From positions 26,491 through 90,490 of the IMG/VR virus record IMGVR_UViG_2974674860_000001: DNA of 64,000 nt; one strand, written 5' to 3'. A model generated the notes under the pieces. It did no database searches, was not told the origin of the DNA, and was given only the letters and a program-made list of their open reading frames with translations. Numbering within the stretch: position 1 is the stretch's first letter; each line of letters opens with the position of its first letter. Below, in pieces: positions 26,217 through 35,211 of this stretch. The stretch comes from a virus. Lineage: Duplodnaviria > Caudoviricetes. Made by a program: the position numbers and the translations under genes.

Positions 26217-26474
26217 TTACTTCTTGAAGTGCTGTTCGAGCTTGGTGGCCTTGTGGCCAGACCAGACGTCCAGTTGGGCGCCGGTCTCGTCTGCGATGAC
26301 CACGACAGGGGCCTGGAGGTAGCCGAGGGCCTTGAGCTTGTCGAGGGCCGCCTCGTCTTCGGTGATGTCGATGACGTCGAATGCGATCTCGCGCTTGATG
26401 AGCCACGACTTCGTGGCCTTGCACTGGACGCAGAGACGGTCGGGCTTGCTGTAGACGGTGACGGACGTTGGCAC
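26217..26474 (-). CDS. nrdH: NrdH-like glutaredoxin
   Basis: TVYSKP..CVQC...GYLQAPVV. Confidence 0.9.
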   Translation of the reverse strand: MPTSVTVYSKPDRLCVQCKATKSWLIKREIAFDVIDITEDEAALDKLKALGYLQAPVVVIADETGAQLDVWSGHKATKLEQHFKK

Positions 26475-26550
26475 GTGGCTCCTTGGGTATCTGGGCACCA
26501 ACGGTAACACGCACGAGACACGCAACAGCGGAGCTAGGGGCGCTGGCTGA

Positions 26551-28167
26551 TCAGGCGATACGGGCCTGGTAGGGCTTCCAGTCGAGCGAGTGTCGGCTCA
26601 TGCTGCCGGTGCGGTTCTTGCCGAGGATGAACTCGACTTCGCCGGTGGGCTGGCCCTCGTACTTCTGGTGGTGGATCAGGAAGATCACGTCGGCGTCCTG
26701 CTCGATCGCGCCCGACCCGCGAAGATCCGAGATCTGTGGCGGTCGATCCTCGTTCGCGGTGTTGCGGTTGAGCTGGACCGCCGAGATCGACGCCGCGTTG
26801 CACTCCTTGGCGACCTGGCGGATGCCCTGGCCGATGTCTTCGAGCACCTCGTGTTGCTTCTTCTCGCGCATGGTCTTGATGAGCTGCATGTAGTCGAACA
26901 AGAACAGGTCGATGTCATGCTCGGCGTTGAGCTTTCGGCACTCAGCCATCATCTTCTCGATCGTCAGGCCGACGCGATCGGAGATGAACAGGTCCGACCC
27001 GGCGCTCTCGTCCATGTAGCTCGCGACGCGCTCGGTGTTGAACTGGTCGATGTCGCGGCGGGTGATCTGGCCGTACTCGGCCCGGGCGCCGGCAGCCACG
27101 ACGCGGGAGACGATCTCGTTGCGCTCCATCTCTAGCGAGTAGATCGCGACCTTGAAGCCGTTACGCATTGCGTGGTCGGCGATATTGGTAAGCGACAGAG
27201 ACTTTCCTTCACCTGGTCGCCCGGCGAACAGGTAGCTTCGCTTGCGGTGGAACCCGCCGGCGATCGTGTGGTTGATGAAGTCCCACGGTGACGGGATGAC
27301 GTCCATCTCGCCCGGGTTGGTCTGCCACTCCCACCAGTCGGCCAGGGCGTCATCCCAGTGGGTGAATGCCTTGTCGGAGGCCTCGCCGAGGACCTTGACC
27401 GCGGCACGGTCGAGGGTGCGCTGCAGGTGCGCGACAGCGTCGGCCGCCGACATCTCGGCAGCGGCCTTGGTCTCGCGCCAGACCTCGGTGAGCATGGCCC
27501 GCTTGGCCAGCTCGACGTCGGGGACCAACTCCTCGACGGTGCGCCCCGCCGCGACATGGTCGGCGGCGTCCTTGCCGATCGCCGAGCGCATGACACCGAC
27601 CTGGCAGTGAGGGGAGAGCAGGTCGAGCAGGTCCTTGGCGTGGGCCTCGCCCTTGTCGTCGTTGTCGCGGATGATGACCACGCGGCGGCCGTAGAGCGGC
27701 GAGAGGTCGAACATCTTCGCCTTGCCGGCGCCCATCGCCGTGGACACTGCGGTGAGCCCCTGCGCTTCCAGTGCGTGGACATCCTTCTCGCCCTCGACCA
27801 CGTAGACCGTGTCGGCGTCACCGAGGCGCTCGACGCGGTAGAGCTGGTCGCCCTTGGTGTTGCCGGACTGGCGGAAGGACTTGTCGACGCCGCGGTGGAC
27901 CCGGCGGCCGTCGGAGTACTTGTACTCGATCCCCCGGTCGGAGTCGAAGAGATCCTTCATCTCCAGACCGAGGGATTCGAGCACCAGCGAGGTCTCGTCG
28001 GAGTGCGAGAAGACCAGGCACTGGCCGTCGATGTCGGTGATGGTCACCGAGCGATCGTTGTGCGAGTGGCCGGGCGCCTGCGCTGCAGCCTTGCCCCGAC
28101 CCTTTTCCTCGACGATGAGTCCCTCGTCTCGGAATCGCTCGAGAACGCGGTTGTATGCGACGCCCAA
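26551..28167 (-). CDS. DNA primase (TOPRIM) - DnaB-like helicase fusion
   Basis: VVEGEKD and DNDDKG (TOPRIM); AGRPGEGKS, SLEM, DYMQL, DLRGSGAIEQDAD (DnaB). Confidence 0.9.
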   Translation of the reverse strand: MGVAYNRVLERFRDEGLIVEEKGRGKAAAQAPGHSHNDRSVTITDIDGQCLVFSHSDETSLVLESLGLEMKDLFDSDRGIEYKYSDGRRVHRGVDKSFRQSGNTKGDQLYRVERLGDADTVYVVEGEKDVHALEAQGLTAVSTAMGAGKAKMFDLSPLYGRRVVIIRDNDDKGEAHAKDLLDLLSPHCQVGVMRSAIGKDAADHVAAGRTVEELVPDVELAKRAMLTEVWRETKAAAEMSAADAVAHLQRTLDRAAVKVLGEASDKAFTHWDDALADWWEWQTNPGEMDVIPSPWDFINHTIAGGFHRKRSYLFAGRPGEGKSLSLTNIADHAMRNGFKVAIYSLEMERNEIVSRVVAAGARAEYGQITRRDIDQFNTERVASYMDESAGSDLFISDRVGLTIEKMMAECRKLNAEHDIDLFLFDYMQLIKTMREKKQHEVLEDIGQGIRQVAKECNAASISAVQLNRNTANEDRPPQISDLRGSGAIEQDADVIFLIHHQKYEGQPTGEVEFILGKNRTGSMSRHSLDWKPYQARIA

Positions 28168-28172
28168 AGTGG

Positions 28173-28721
28173 TTACCCCTCAAGTTCTTTCAGGTTAATC
28201 GTGCCGATCGAATGTGGGCTGTCGGTGCCAGCGAAAACCCGCGACTCGATCTCGGTGAGGTTGGAGCCGATCCATTCCATGAACGCTCTGCGATGGAACT
28301 GACGGACGGCGGATGAACCCTGGGCGGCGATCTCGGCCGGCGGCTCAGGGGGAGCCCATTGTAGCCCACACCTCTCCTGAATCACCGTGGAGTAGGGGAA
28401 GTAGCTCCACTTCCGCAGCCAGTGACGCAGGCGCTCAGGCGAACTCGTGACGGGCATCTTCGCGGCGTGGCCGATGAGGTCGCCCGGCATGATCGGCCAC
28501 GCGCCCGCCTTGCCGTAGTGAGCCTTGATCCCAGCCATGGCCTCGACGGTGAACACGTCGCTCTCGGAGAGCTGCTCGGCCCACGCGGCGACGGCCTCGT
28601 CGAGCGTCTCGGCTTCGAGCTTCATCCGGCGATCCAGGAGCGAGACCTTGGCGAGGATTGCACGAGCGAGAGGCTCGACTTCCTCGAAACGTCGCGGCGG
28701 GATCGATGTGGATGCCGTCAT
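28173..28721 (-). CDS. hypothetical replication-associated protein (possible helicase loader/inhibitor)
   Basis: Lies between Rep and the helicase; W.IMPGDLI motif. Confidence 0.5.
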   Translation of the reverse strand: MTASTSIPPRRFEEVEPLARAILAKVSLLDRRMKLEAETLDEAVAAWAEQLSESDVFTVEAMAGIKAHYGKAGAWPIMPGDLIGHAAKMPVTSSPERLRHWLRKWSYFPYSTVIQERCGLQWAPPEPPAEIAAQGSSAVRQFHRRAFMEWIGSNLTEIESRVFAGTDSPHSIGTINLKELEG

Positions 28722-29710
28722 GCGACCCCCTCATCCAACTCTGCAGCGACAAACTCGCCTTGTTGGTACACCGGTGGCCGAGAGGCACCTTGGAGCAGTG
28801 CACGGGCAAGCTCCCCGCCCTGCAATGTCCCGGTGCGAGCCGGGCCGGCGGGCGCCTGTGGTTCGTCGAGGTAGCAATCCTGATTGAGCCAAGTCGCGGG
28901 CTGCTTGGTGTACTTCGGCGTGCGGGTCGGACTGTCGCGGTAGCGCGCCGCCCCGGCGAGGAGATCCCCCACCGTGGCGCCACGCTCGATGGCGAGTTCG
29001 TACTTCGCCCGTGCGGCCCGCTTGCCCTCCCGCCGCGGGTAGACCGACCACCACTCATCGAATGCGCTGTCGAGCTTCGGGTTGGCCCGCGCCGCCTTGC
29101 GCTTCGGCTTCGTCGACGCCTCGGCCTTCGCCACGTCCAGCTCCAGCTCCAGTTCGGCCGCCTCGCGTGAACCGGCGCCGGACGGCGCCGGAGCATCCGA
29201 CGTAGGAGGATGCAGAGTGTCCGACGTAGGAGGACACTCAGGAGTAGATACGTCAGTATCTACTAGGGGTCGGGTCGGGTCGGGTCGGGTCGGGTCGGGT
29301 CGGGGCGCTGCAACACTCTCACCCTGTTGCGCCGCAACAGTTCCGGCATTGAGGCTTTGGCCTGCAGATTCTGCCCGACGACGGGCTCGACTGCGCTCCA
29401 TTCGCTCCGCAGACGCAGCTCTCTTGGCTTCCGAATCGGCCTTACTCGGGTTGTAGTCAAGCCATGAACAGAAGGCGAATCCATCGCGAGTGCGCTCCCA
29501 AAGCCCCGCGTTCACGAGAGATTCGACCGTTTTTGTTGTCGCGCCCCATGCCTTAATCATGTAGTCGGGGACCTCTCCATCGGTCTCCTGCTGGGACGCC
29601 CAGGACCCCGCGATGACCCACAATCCGGCCGCCTGGAACCGCTGCCGGGCGGGGATTGCGTTCAGTTTGTGCGACGAGTGAAAGCGGTCGTCGACCTTCA
29701 TCCAGCCCAC
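28718..29710 (-). CDS. replication initiator-like protein
   Basis: MGWMKVDDRF...GLW...wHTH N-terminus; PDPTRP linker; FDEWWSVYPRR...ATWLNQ C-terminal domain. Confidence 0.8.
   Translation of the reverse strand: MGWMKVDDRFHSSHKLNAIPARQRFQAAGLWVIAGSWASQQETDGEVPDYMIKAWGATTKTVESLVNAGLWERTRDGFAFCSWLDYNPSKADSEAKRAASAERMERSRARRRAESAGQSLNAGTVAAQQGESVAAPRPDPTRPDPTRPLVDTDVSTPECPPTSDTLHPPTSDAPAPSGAGSREAAELELELDVAKAEASTKPKRKAARANPKLDSAFDEWWSVYPRREGKRAARAKYELAIERGATVGDLLAGAARYRDSPTRTPKYTKQPATWLNQDCYLDEPQAPAGPARTGTLQGGELARALLQGASRPPVYQQGEFVAAELDEGVA
29266..29305 (+). repeat. (GGGTC)7 tandem repeat
   Basis: Seen directly; encodes RPDPTRPDPTRP on the minus strand. Confidence 0.9.
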
Positions 29711-29713
29711 GGT

Positions 29714-30532
29714 TCAGGCCTGAGCCAGCGCGTCGATGAGCTGATTGATCTCGCGTTGCCACGTCTCCAACTGCCGCTCGGGATCGACCTCTTCGATCTC
29801 CTCGTTGGCTGGTCGAGCGCCGTTGCAGGAGGTCCGTTTGCGGTCGATGGTGTACTCGTCGTACTGGAACGGCACCGGCCAGCCCTCCTCGATGCCACGT
29901 GCCCGAGCCTCGTCGCTGGGCCCGGCGACCTGCTCCAGCCGGTTGAAGACCTGGGGGATTGAGCGGAGCATGTCCAGGTCCAGGTTGTCTTCGCCGGCCA
30001 GGATGTTCTCGATCTCGTCCTCGCTGGCGACCAGCTCGTCGGCGAGGATCTCGACTGGGTATCCCCAGCGGACGAGCGCCTGTAGCCGGCGGGTCGCACC
30101 GATGGGTGAGGCAACACGCTCGCGAATGTCGGCCGGCAACGCCTCTAGGGCCTCGGCGGTCGAGTTGCGCAGGGCGCGCTTGGCTTTGCCGGTGCGAATG
30201 TCGCTGATCAGGTGCGCGTCGACGCCGACGATGTGGGCGAGGTGCGGGCCGTCGTAGCCGGTCTCGAACAGCGCGCTGATGTGCTCGGCGAGCGCGGTGC
30301 GGCGCTCGTCGGAGACCTTGATGCCACTGGGGCCGTCGGGATGGAACTCGGCCCAGATCATGGCGGCTTCGATAATGCTGTCCGCGGCGTCCTCGGGGAT
30401 GTCGTCGACCTCGCGCAGCCGAACGCGGTCGAGCAGGCCTCGATTCAGGCCAGAGAGCCCGCCGAGATCTTGGAGCGTTGCGCCGTGTCGAATGGCGCGG
30501 TGGATGGCGTTCTCGGCCTGGATGCTGGTCAT
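29714..30532 (-). CDS. multi-HTH DNA-binding protein
   Basis: Several short HTH-like segments; RRLQALVRWGY. Confidence 0.65.
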   Translation of the reverse strand: MTSIQAENAIHRAIRHGATLQDLGGLSGLNRGLLDRVRLREVDDIPEDAADSIIEAAMIWAEFHPDGPSGIKVSDERRTALAEHISALFETGYDGPHLAHIVGVDAHLISDIRTGKAKRALRNSTAEALEALPADIRERVASPIGATRRLQALVRWGYPVEILADELVASEDEIENILAGEDNLDLDMLRSIPQVFNRLEQVAGPSDEARARGIEEGWPVPFQYDEYTIDRKRTSCNGARPANEEIEEVDPERQLETWQREINQLIDALAQA

Positions 30533-30537
30533 GGTCT

Positions 30538-31191
30538 TCAAGCTGCGGGCTCCTTGCTGATGTGTCGTTGCAGTTCTCTGGTGTGGGTGGGACAGAGCCA
30601 TTGCTCACCGCCCCAACGCATTTCGTGTCTAACAAGCTCCGACGCCTCTTCGGCACATTCACCGAAGAGGTCGCGGAACTCGCAGGAGTGGGGCTCAGGC
30701 ATCGAGGTCGTCGCGGAGATCGGGCGCGTACTCCTCGATGTAGTCCGAGCCCTCCCAGTCGTCGTCCTCATAGCCGCTGTTGTCGCCGAAGTCGACGGAG
30801 CTGTCGTAGATGGTCGCCACGGTCAGACCTCCTCCGCTGCGCTGTACGAGATACGCAACACTCGGCGGACGAGCTTGGCGTCGTAGCCGCGCACGCCGAT
30901 ACCCGCGGCGATCTCGATGAGCTGCTCCAGGACGTCTTCGGCCTCGGCTGGGTCTCCGGTCCAGAACCGATCCGCCGGCGTGGTCGCCGCCCGCAGCCTG
31001 GTGCTGGAGACAAGCTCGCCATCGGGCAGCTGGACCGAGTACTCGTATCGGACCTCGGCGGTCGGGTCGGCGATCTTCTCCCGCAGCGATGGGTGCTCGG
31101 CGAGTAGTTCGGCGAGCTTGGCGTTCGGTCCGAGCACGATGTCCTCCGATGTGGGGTGGGTGGTGAAGATGACTGCGTGTTCCACGGGCAC
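30538..31191 (-). other. two hypothetical genes (30538-30771, 30823-31191)
   Basis: Plausible RBS and codon usage; boundaries are uncertain. Confidence 0.45.
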
Positions 31192-31199
31192 TAGGGCTC

Positions 31200-31382
31200 C
31201 TATGCGTCTTCGAGTGCGGAGGGGAGGGCGTCGAACCAGGCCTTGAGTTCCTCGTCGGGGATCACGACTCGGGTGCCGATCCGCTTGGCCATGAGATCGC
31301 CGGCCTTGATGGCACGCTCGATGGTCGGCTCACTGACTCCGACGATGCTGGCGGCCTCGGACTTGCTGTATGCGAGCTTCAC
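31200..31382 (-). CDS. xis: excisionase-like HTH_17 protein
   Basis: AYSKSEAASIVGVSEPTIERAIKAGDL.AKRIGTRVVIP. Confidence 0.75.
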   Translation of the reverse strand: MKLAYSKSEAASIVGVSEPTIERAIKAGDLMAKRIGTRVVIPDEELKAWFDALPSALEDA

Positions 31383-32209
31383 TGCACGACCTCGCCCTCG
31401 ATGACGGTCGACTCGGCGTCGACGGCCGCCTGGTTGGGCACGACATTCGGGTCGCTGGGCGGCGGGGTGGTGGCGCTGGAGAAGGCGTCCGTGGCCGCGG
31501 CGACGCCGACACTGCGGCGGTCCTCACTGGAGGTGTCGACGAAGTCGATGAGCATGCGGATCGCCGTCTTGAGGACCATGATCTCGTCCCACTGCTCCCA
31601 GACCTTGCCGCGAGACTGGGCGCGGACCTTGGCGAGGTAGCGGGGATCGGCGAGCTTGACCTCGCTGGTGGTGCCGTCGGCGCGCACGGCGTAGGCGTAG
31701 GACATGATCGGCTTGGAGCTGCCGTCGCGGGCGGCCCAGTCGATCTCGTGGCGCGGGCGCTCGTCGACGTTGCGGTCGTACTGGAACTTGCCGGCGCGGT
31801 ACTCGCTGTCGTAGACGACCTCGGCGACGACGCGGACGTACTGGCCCGAACGCAGGATGCGCTGGATCATGCCCTTGTAGGACTCGGCGCCCTGGATCTT
31901 GCCGCTGCGCACGGTGAGGTAGTAGTCGTCGGTGCCCGGGATGTGGCCCAGGCGTGCGCACTCCAGAAGTGCGCGCATGAGTGCGGCGCGGTCATTGAGT
32001 GCGGCGCGCTCGATCTCGGGGGTGGCCTTGGTGGCGGCCTCGGCCATGCGCAGCCATGCGCGCTGCTCGACCTGGCCGGGCAGGACCTTGAAGAAGTCCT
32101 CCGAGCGGCTGCGGACCATGGCGGCCGGGCTGGCTGGCTTCTGCTGTTGTGGGAGGTTTCCCGATGGCTCGCCGTTCTGTTCGGCGATTGCGTTTCCGAT
32201 GAGGCTCAA
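31379..32209 (-). CDS. recT: RecT-like ssDNA annealing protein
   Basis: ECARLGHIPG...YYL...SYKGMIQ...EIMVLKTAIR. Confidence 0.9.
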   Translation of the reverse strand: MSLIGNAIAEQNGEPSGNLPQQQKPASPAAMVRSRSEDFFKVLPGQVEQRAWLRMAEAATKATPEIERAALNDRAALMRALLECARLGHIPGTDDYYLTVRSGKIQGAESYKGMIQRILRSGQYVRVVAEVVYDSEYRAGKFQYDRNVDERPRHEIDWAARDGSSKPIMSYAYAVRADGTTSEVKLADPRYLAKVRAQSRGKVWEQWDEIMVLKTAIRMLIDFVDTSSEDRRSVGVAAATDAFSSATTPPPSDPNVVPNQAAVDAESTVIEGEVVQ

Positions 32210-32295
32210 GGGGTTTCAGTTCCTTTTCTGGTGGGTGGAGCGAGATTGAACTCTAGGTGACGTGGCTCGCAGATGTCAACACGAGACACGCAACA

Positions 32296-33321
32296 CTAGG
32301 CCGCGACTTTGTCGAGGGCCTCGCGGATCGACTCGGGGTAGGGCTCTTCGAGTCCGAGGTAGCGCAGATACGGCGGCTTGTTGCCGCGTCCGGCCTTCTG
32401 CCGGCGGGCGACCTTCTCGACCTGGATGTCGAACTCGTCCTCGCCTGGTCGCTCGACGTAGACGTACTGAGCGCGACCGGCCAGCTGGAGAACCTGAGAC
32501 TCCATGTACAGGCGCTCGGCCTTCGCTGCCTCGTCGGCCTTCACCGCGGCGAGGTAGCGCGCCGCGACGTCGGGTTCGAGCGTGATGCCTTCTCCCATGT
32601 CGATCTCGGGGTGCATCTGGCGCACGATCTCGTAGGTCGCGCCATGCTTGTCGAGGGAGGGCTCGACGCCGGCGGCCAGGTTGTCCATGAACTCTTGGCC
32701 GGCGTCGATCAGGATCTGCGCATCCTCGGCCGAGAACTCCAGCTCGTAGGTCCGATAGTCCCAGCCACTGATCAGCACGGCCACGATCATCTTCTCGACC
32801 TTCATCACCGCGGCGTAGTAGAGCACCTGGCATAGGTAGTAGATCGGGATCTGCTTGGAGCCTTGTGGTCCCCAGCCGTCGCCTCGGGCGCTGGTCTTGA
32901 TCTCCAGGAGCGCGACGCAATTGCCTTGTTCGTCCCAGATCAAGCCGTCGGGGTTGACGTTCATCCACGCCCGATTGATGTCGCGGAAGGTGTCTCCGGT
33001 GGTCATCGTGCACCCGGGCGCAAGCTGCTGCAGCCCGTCACCGAAGGTGCCGTCGGTGGTCTTGAAGAACTCGTAGATGGTGGGCTCGTGATTGGTGCCC
33101 CAGCGCATGATCGCGGTCTCTTCGGCCAGTCCGATCCCGTCGCGCTTGTTGTAGTACAGCGAGAAGTGACTCGTCCATGGGTTGAGTCCGACGACCGCTG
33201 AGATCTCCGAGCCGCCGATGGCGTGTGCGCGAGCGGCGTGCCATTCAGGAGATCCCGGTGGCCAGTTGCCGATCTTCACGGCATTGCCGTTGATCAGCTC
33301 GTTCACTTCGAGGTCACGCAA
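32296..33321 (-). CDS. recE: RecE/YqaJ-like exonuclease
   Basis: EWHAARAHAIGGSE...NPDGL...LLEIKT...YLCQV. Confidence 0.9.
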   Translation of the reverse strand: MRDLEVNELINGNAVKIGNWPPGSPEWHAARAHAIGGSEISAVVGLNPWTSHFSLYYNKRDGIGLAEETAIMRWGTNHEPTIYEFFKTTDGTFGDGLQQLAPGCTMTTGDTFRDINRAWMNVNPDGLIWDEQGNCVALLEIKTSARGDGWGPQGSKQIPIYYLCQVLYYAAVMKVEKMIVAVLISGWDYRTYELEFSAEDAQILIDAGQEFMDNLAAGVEPSLDKHGATYEIVRQMHPEIDMGEGITLEPDVAARYLAAVKADEAAKAERLYMESQVLQLAGRAQYVYVERPGEDEFDIQVEKVARRQKAGRGNKPPYLRYLGLEEPYPESIREALDKVAA

Positions 33322-33547
33322 TGGTGTACTCCCGAACCTGAGATTCGAGCACTTCGGTGCGAATCGTAGCCCAGCCCGCGTTGCGCACGAGGGTCACTAC
33401 TCGCCCGCTGCGCGGTGGTCGCGTGCGGGATCGCCTGGTGCCCACCGAGATGCGCATCCGCATGCCCTCCACGATCCAGATGAACGGCTGACCGATGATG
33501 GTGACCGTGTCTCCCGGCTTGAAACGACCGGGCAAGGTGATGTCCAT
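33314..33547 (-). CDS. hypothetical protein, first gene of the leftward operon
   Basis: GGAG RBS, directly downstream of the divergent control region. Confidence 0.55.
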   Translation of the reverse strand: MDITLPGRFKPGDTVTIIGQPFIWIVEGMRMRISVGTRRSRTRPPRSGRVVTLVRNAGWATIRTEVLESQVREYTIA

Positions 33548-33687
33548 AGAGGCTCCCTGATGTGTGTTGCGTGTCTCGTACGTTATACGCTAACACGGTG
33601 CGACGACAGGGCTCCTGAGCTGCGGGGCTATGTAGCTGGCGCTACTTACAGTTGACTGTTGCGCCTCTCGTGAGACATGATGTAGCA

Positions 33688-34161
33688 ATGCCGAATGCAA
33701 ACGAGCTACCCGAGCCCTGGTACACCGCGCTCACTGACGCGGGGTACGTCGGGCCATACGGCGAACCCTCGTTGTGCAAACTCGCCGAGGGGATCGACGC
33801 GCACCCGTCGACCGTCTCGCGGCTGATCCGTGGCGCCAACGCGAAGGGGGCCCGCCCTGAACTCGTCGCCAAGATCGCCGATGCCCTGGGGCGCAAGCCT
33901 GAGGATGTCGCGTCATGGGCGGGGGAGCAGTGGCAGGCGGGGCTGGGTCCGTACTCTGTGCCCTCCGGCGCCGAGAGTCTGACACTGCGCCAGCGGGAGT
34001 CGGTCGACCGCGTGATTCGAGCGTTCATCGAAGTCAATCGCCGCGAGCGTAGCCGCCGGGCCCTCGACACCAAGATGGTCCGCCAGCTCGCGAAGGCCAC
34101 CGGCAAGACTCGCGTCGAGATCGCCGACATCCTGGAGGAGATCGAAGGCCGCGAGGAGTAG
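33688..34161 (+). CDS. XRE-family HTH, probable immunity repressor (possibly leaderless)
   Basis: SLCKLAEGIDAHPSTVSRLIRG. Divergent from the lytic operon. TTGACT-18bp-CATGAT places +1 near ATG 33688, with an operator copy between -35 and -10. Confidence 0.75.
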   Translation: MPNANELPEPWYTALTDAGYVGPYGEPSLCKLAEGIDAHPSTVSRLIRGANAKGARPELVAKIADALGRKPEDVASWAGEQWQAGLGPYSVPSGAESLTLRQRESVDRVIRAFIEVNRRERSRRALDTKMVRQLAKATGKTRVEIADILEEIEGREE

Positions 34162-34186
34162 CCCTTCCGCCACAACAGAATACGAG

Positions 34187-34230
34187 AAAAGAGAACCCCG
34201 AGGGCCGCAGCGCCCCGGGGTTTTTCTTTT
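34187..34230 (+). terminator. bidirectional intrinsic terminator
   Basis: AAAAGAGAACCCCG...CGGGGTTTTTCTTTT. Confidence 0.85.
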
Positions 34231-34301
34231 GCCTCGGATGTATGTGTATAGTGACTAACGCATCGCACGAGACACGCAACAGTGACGGAGGATGAGACAC
34301 C

Positions 34302-34517
34302 TTGGCCAACACGAAGACCTGCCCAGCCACGCTCAATCGCGAGGTCGGCGATCACACGTTCAAGCTCGACTGCGCGATTGACCCCGACGATCACTACGAG
34401 ATGGCACACACCCTCGCCAATGGCATCACCTGGCACGCCGGCGAGGAGCGCACCGCGGCAATGCAGGTCGAAGCCCTACCCAAGCCGGACCCCAACCGCC
34501 GCGGCGGACGCCAGTGA
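34302..34517 (+). CDS. hypothetical protein
   Basis: TTG with GGAGG RBS after the motif at 34269. Confidence 0.55.
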   Translation: MANTKTCPATLNREVGDHTFKLDCAIDPDDHYEMAHTLANGITWHAGEERTAAMQVEALPKPDPNRRGGRQ

Positions 34518-35194
34518 GTAGTCCGAGCATCCTCCTCGACGGAACCGTCGGCAGCCAGGCCTACGGTCTCGCCACCAAGAGCTCCGATGTCGACACCATG
34601 TCTGTCCACGTGCAGCCGACCGTGGTCCTCACCGGGCTCGACAAGCCGCCGGCCGAGACCATCGAGACCAAAGCGCCCGACAGTGTCTCGCACGAGATCG
34701 GCAAGTTCCTCCGACTCTCCCTCGGCGGCAACCCGAACATCCTGGAGTTCCTGTGGCTGCCGGTGCACACCGTCTACTACCAGGCCGGTAACGACCTCAT
34801 CAACATCCGCGAGGACTTCCTGTCGCAGGAGATCCGCCACCGATACCTCGGATACGCCGACCAGCAGTTCAAGCGCCTCGAACGCGACCATCGATTCCCG
34901 GACGTCCCCATCGCCCGCAAGGAGAAGCACGCACGCCATCTGCTGCGCCTCCTCCAGCAGGGCATGTACATCTGGCGCACCGGCGAGCTGAAAGTCGAAG
35001 TCGACAACCCAGACGAGCTGCACGACGCAGCCAAACGAGTGATCGACCCCGACGTCGGAAACCTCCTCGCCGGCGAGCTGTGCAGGCAGGCCTCCGACTA
35101 CTTCGACAGCGTCGCCACGCCCCTCCCGCTCGAACCCGCCCGCACCCGCGCCCGCGACCTTCTCGCCGACATTCGCGCCGGCTGGATCAGATGA
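34514..35194 (+). CDS. DNA pol beta-like nucleotidyltransferase (RlaP/YcgL-like)
   Basis: GSQAYGLAT..SDVD...GNPNILEFLW...KHARHLLRLL. Confidence 0.85.
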   Translation: MSSPSILLDGTVGSQAYGLATKSSDVDTMSVHVQPTVVLTGLDKPPAETIETKAPDSVSHEIGKFLRLSLGGNPNILEFLWLPVHTVYYQAGNDLINIREDFLSQEIRHRYLGYADQQFKRLERDHRFPDVPIARKEKHARHLLRLLQQGMYIWRTGELKVEVDNPDELHDAAKRVIDPDVGNLLAGELCRQASDYFDSVATPLPLEPARTRARDLLADIRAGWIR

Positions 35195-35211
35195 AAGGCC
35201 TACACCACCAC

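Noticed and set aside
29266-29305. (GGGTC)n as a phase-variation switch
   Set aside because: Slippage by one 5-bp unit would frameshift an essential Rep gene, and PDPTR linkers are common in such proteins. It is kept only as part of the origin/G4 hypothesis.
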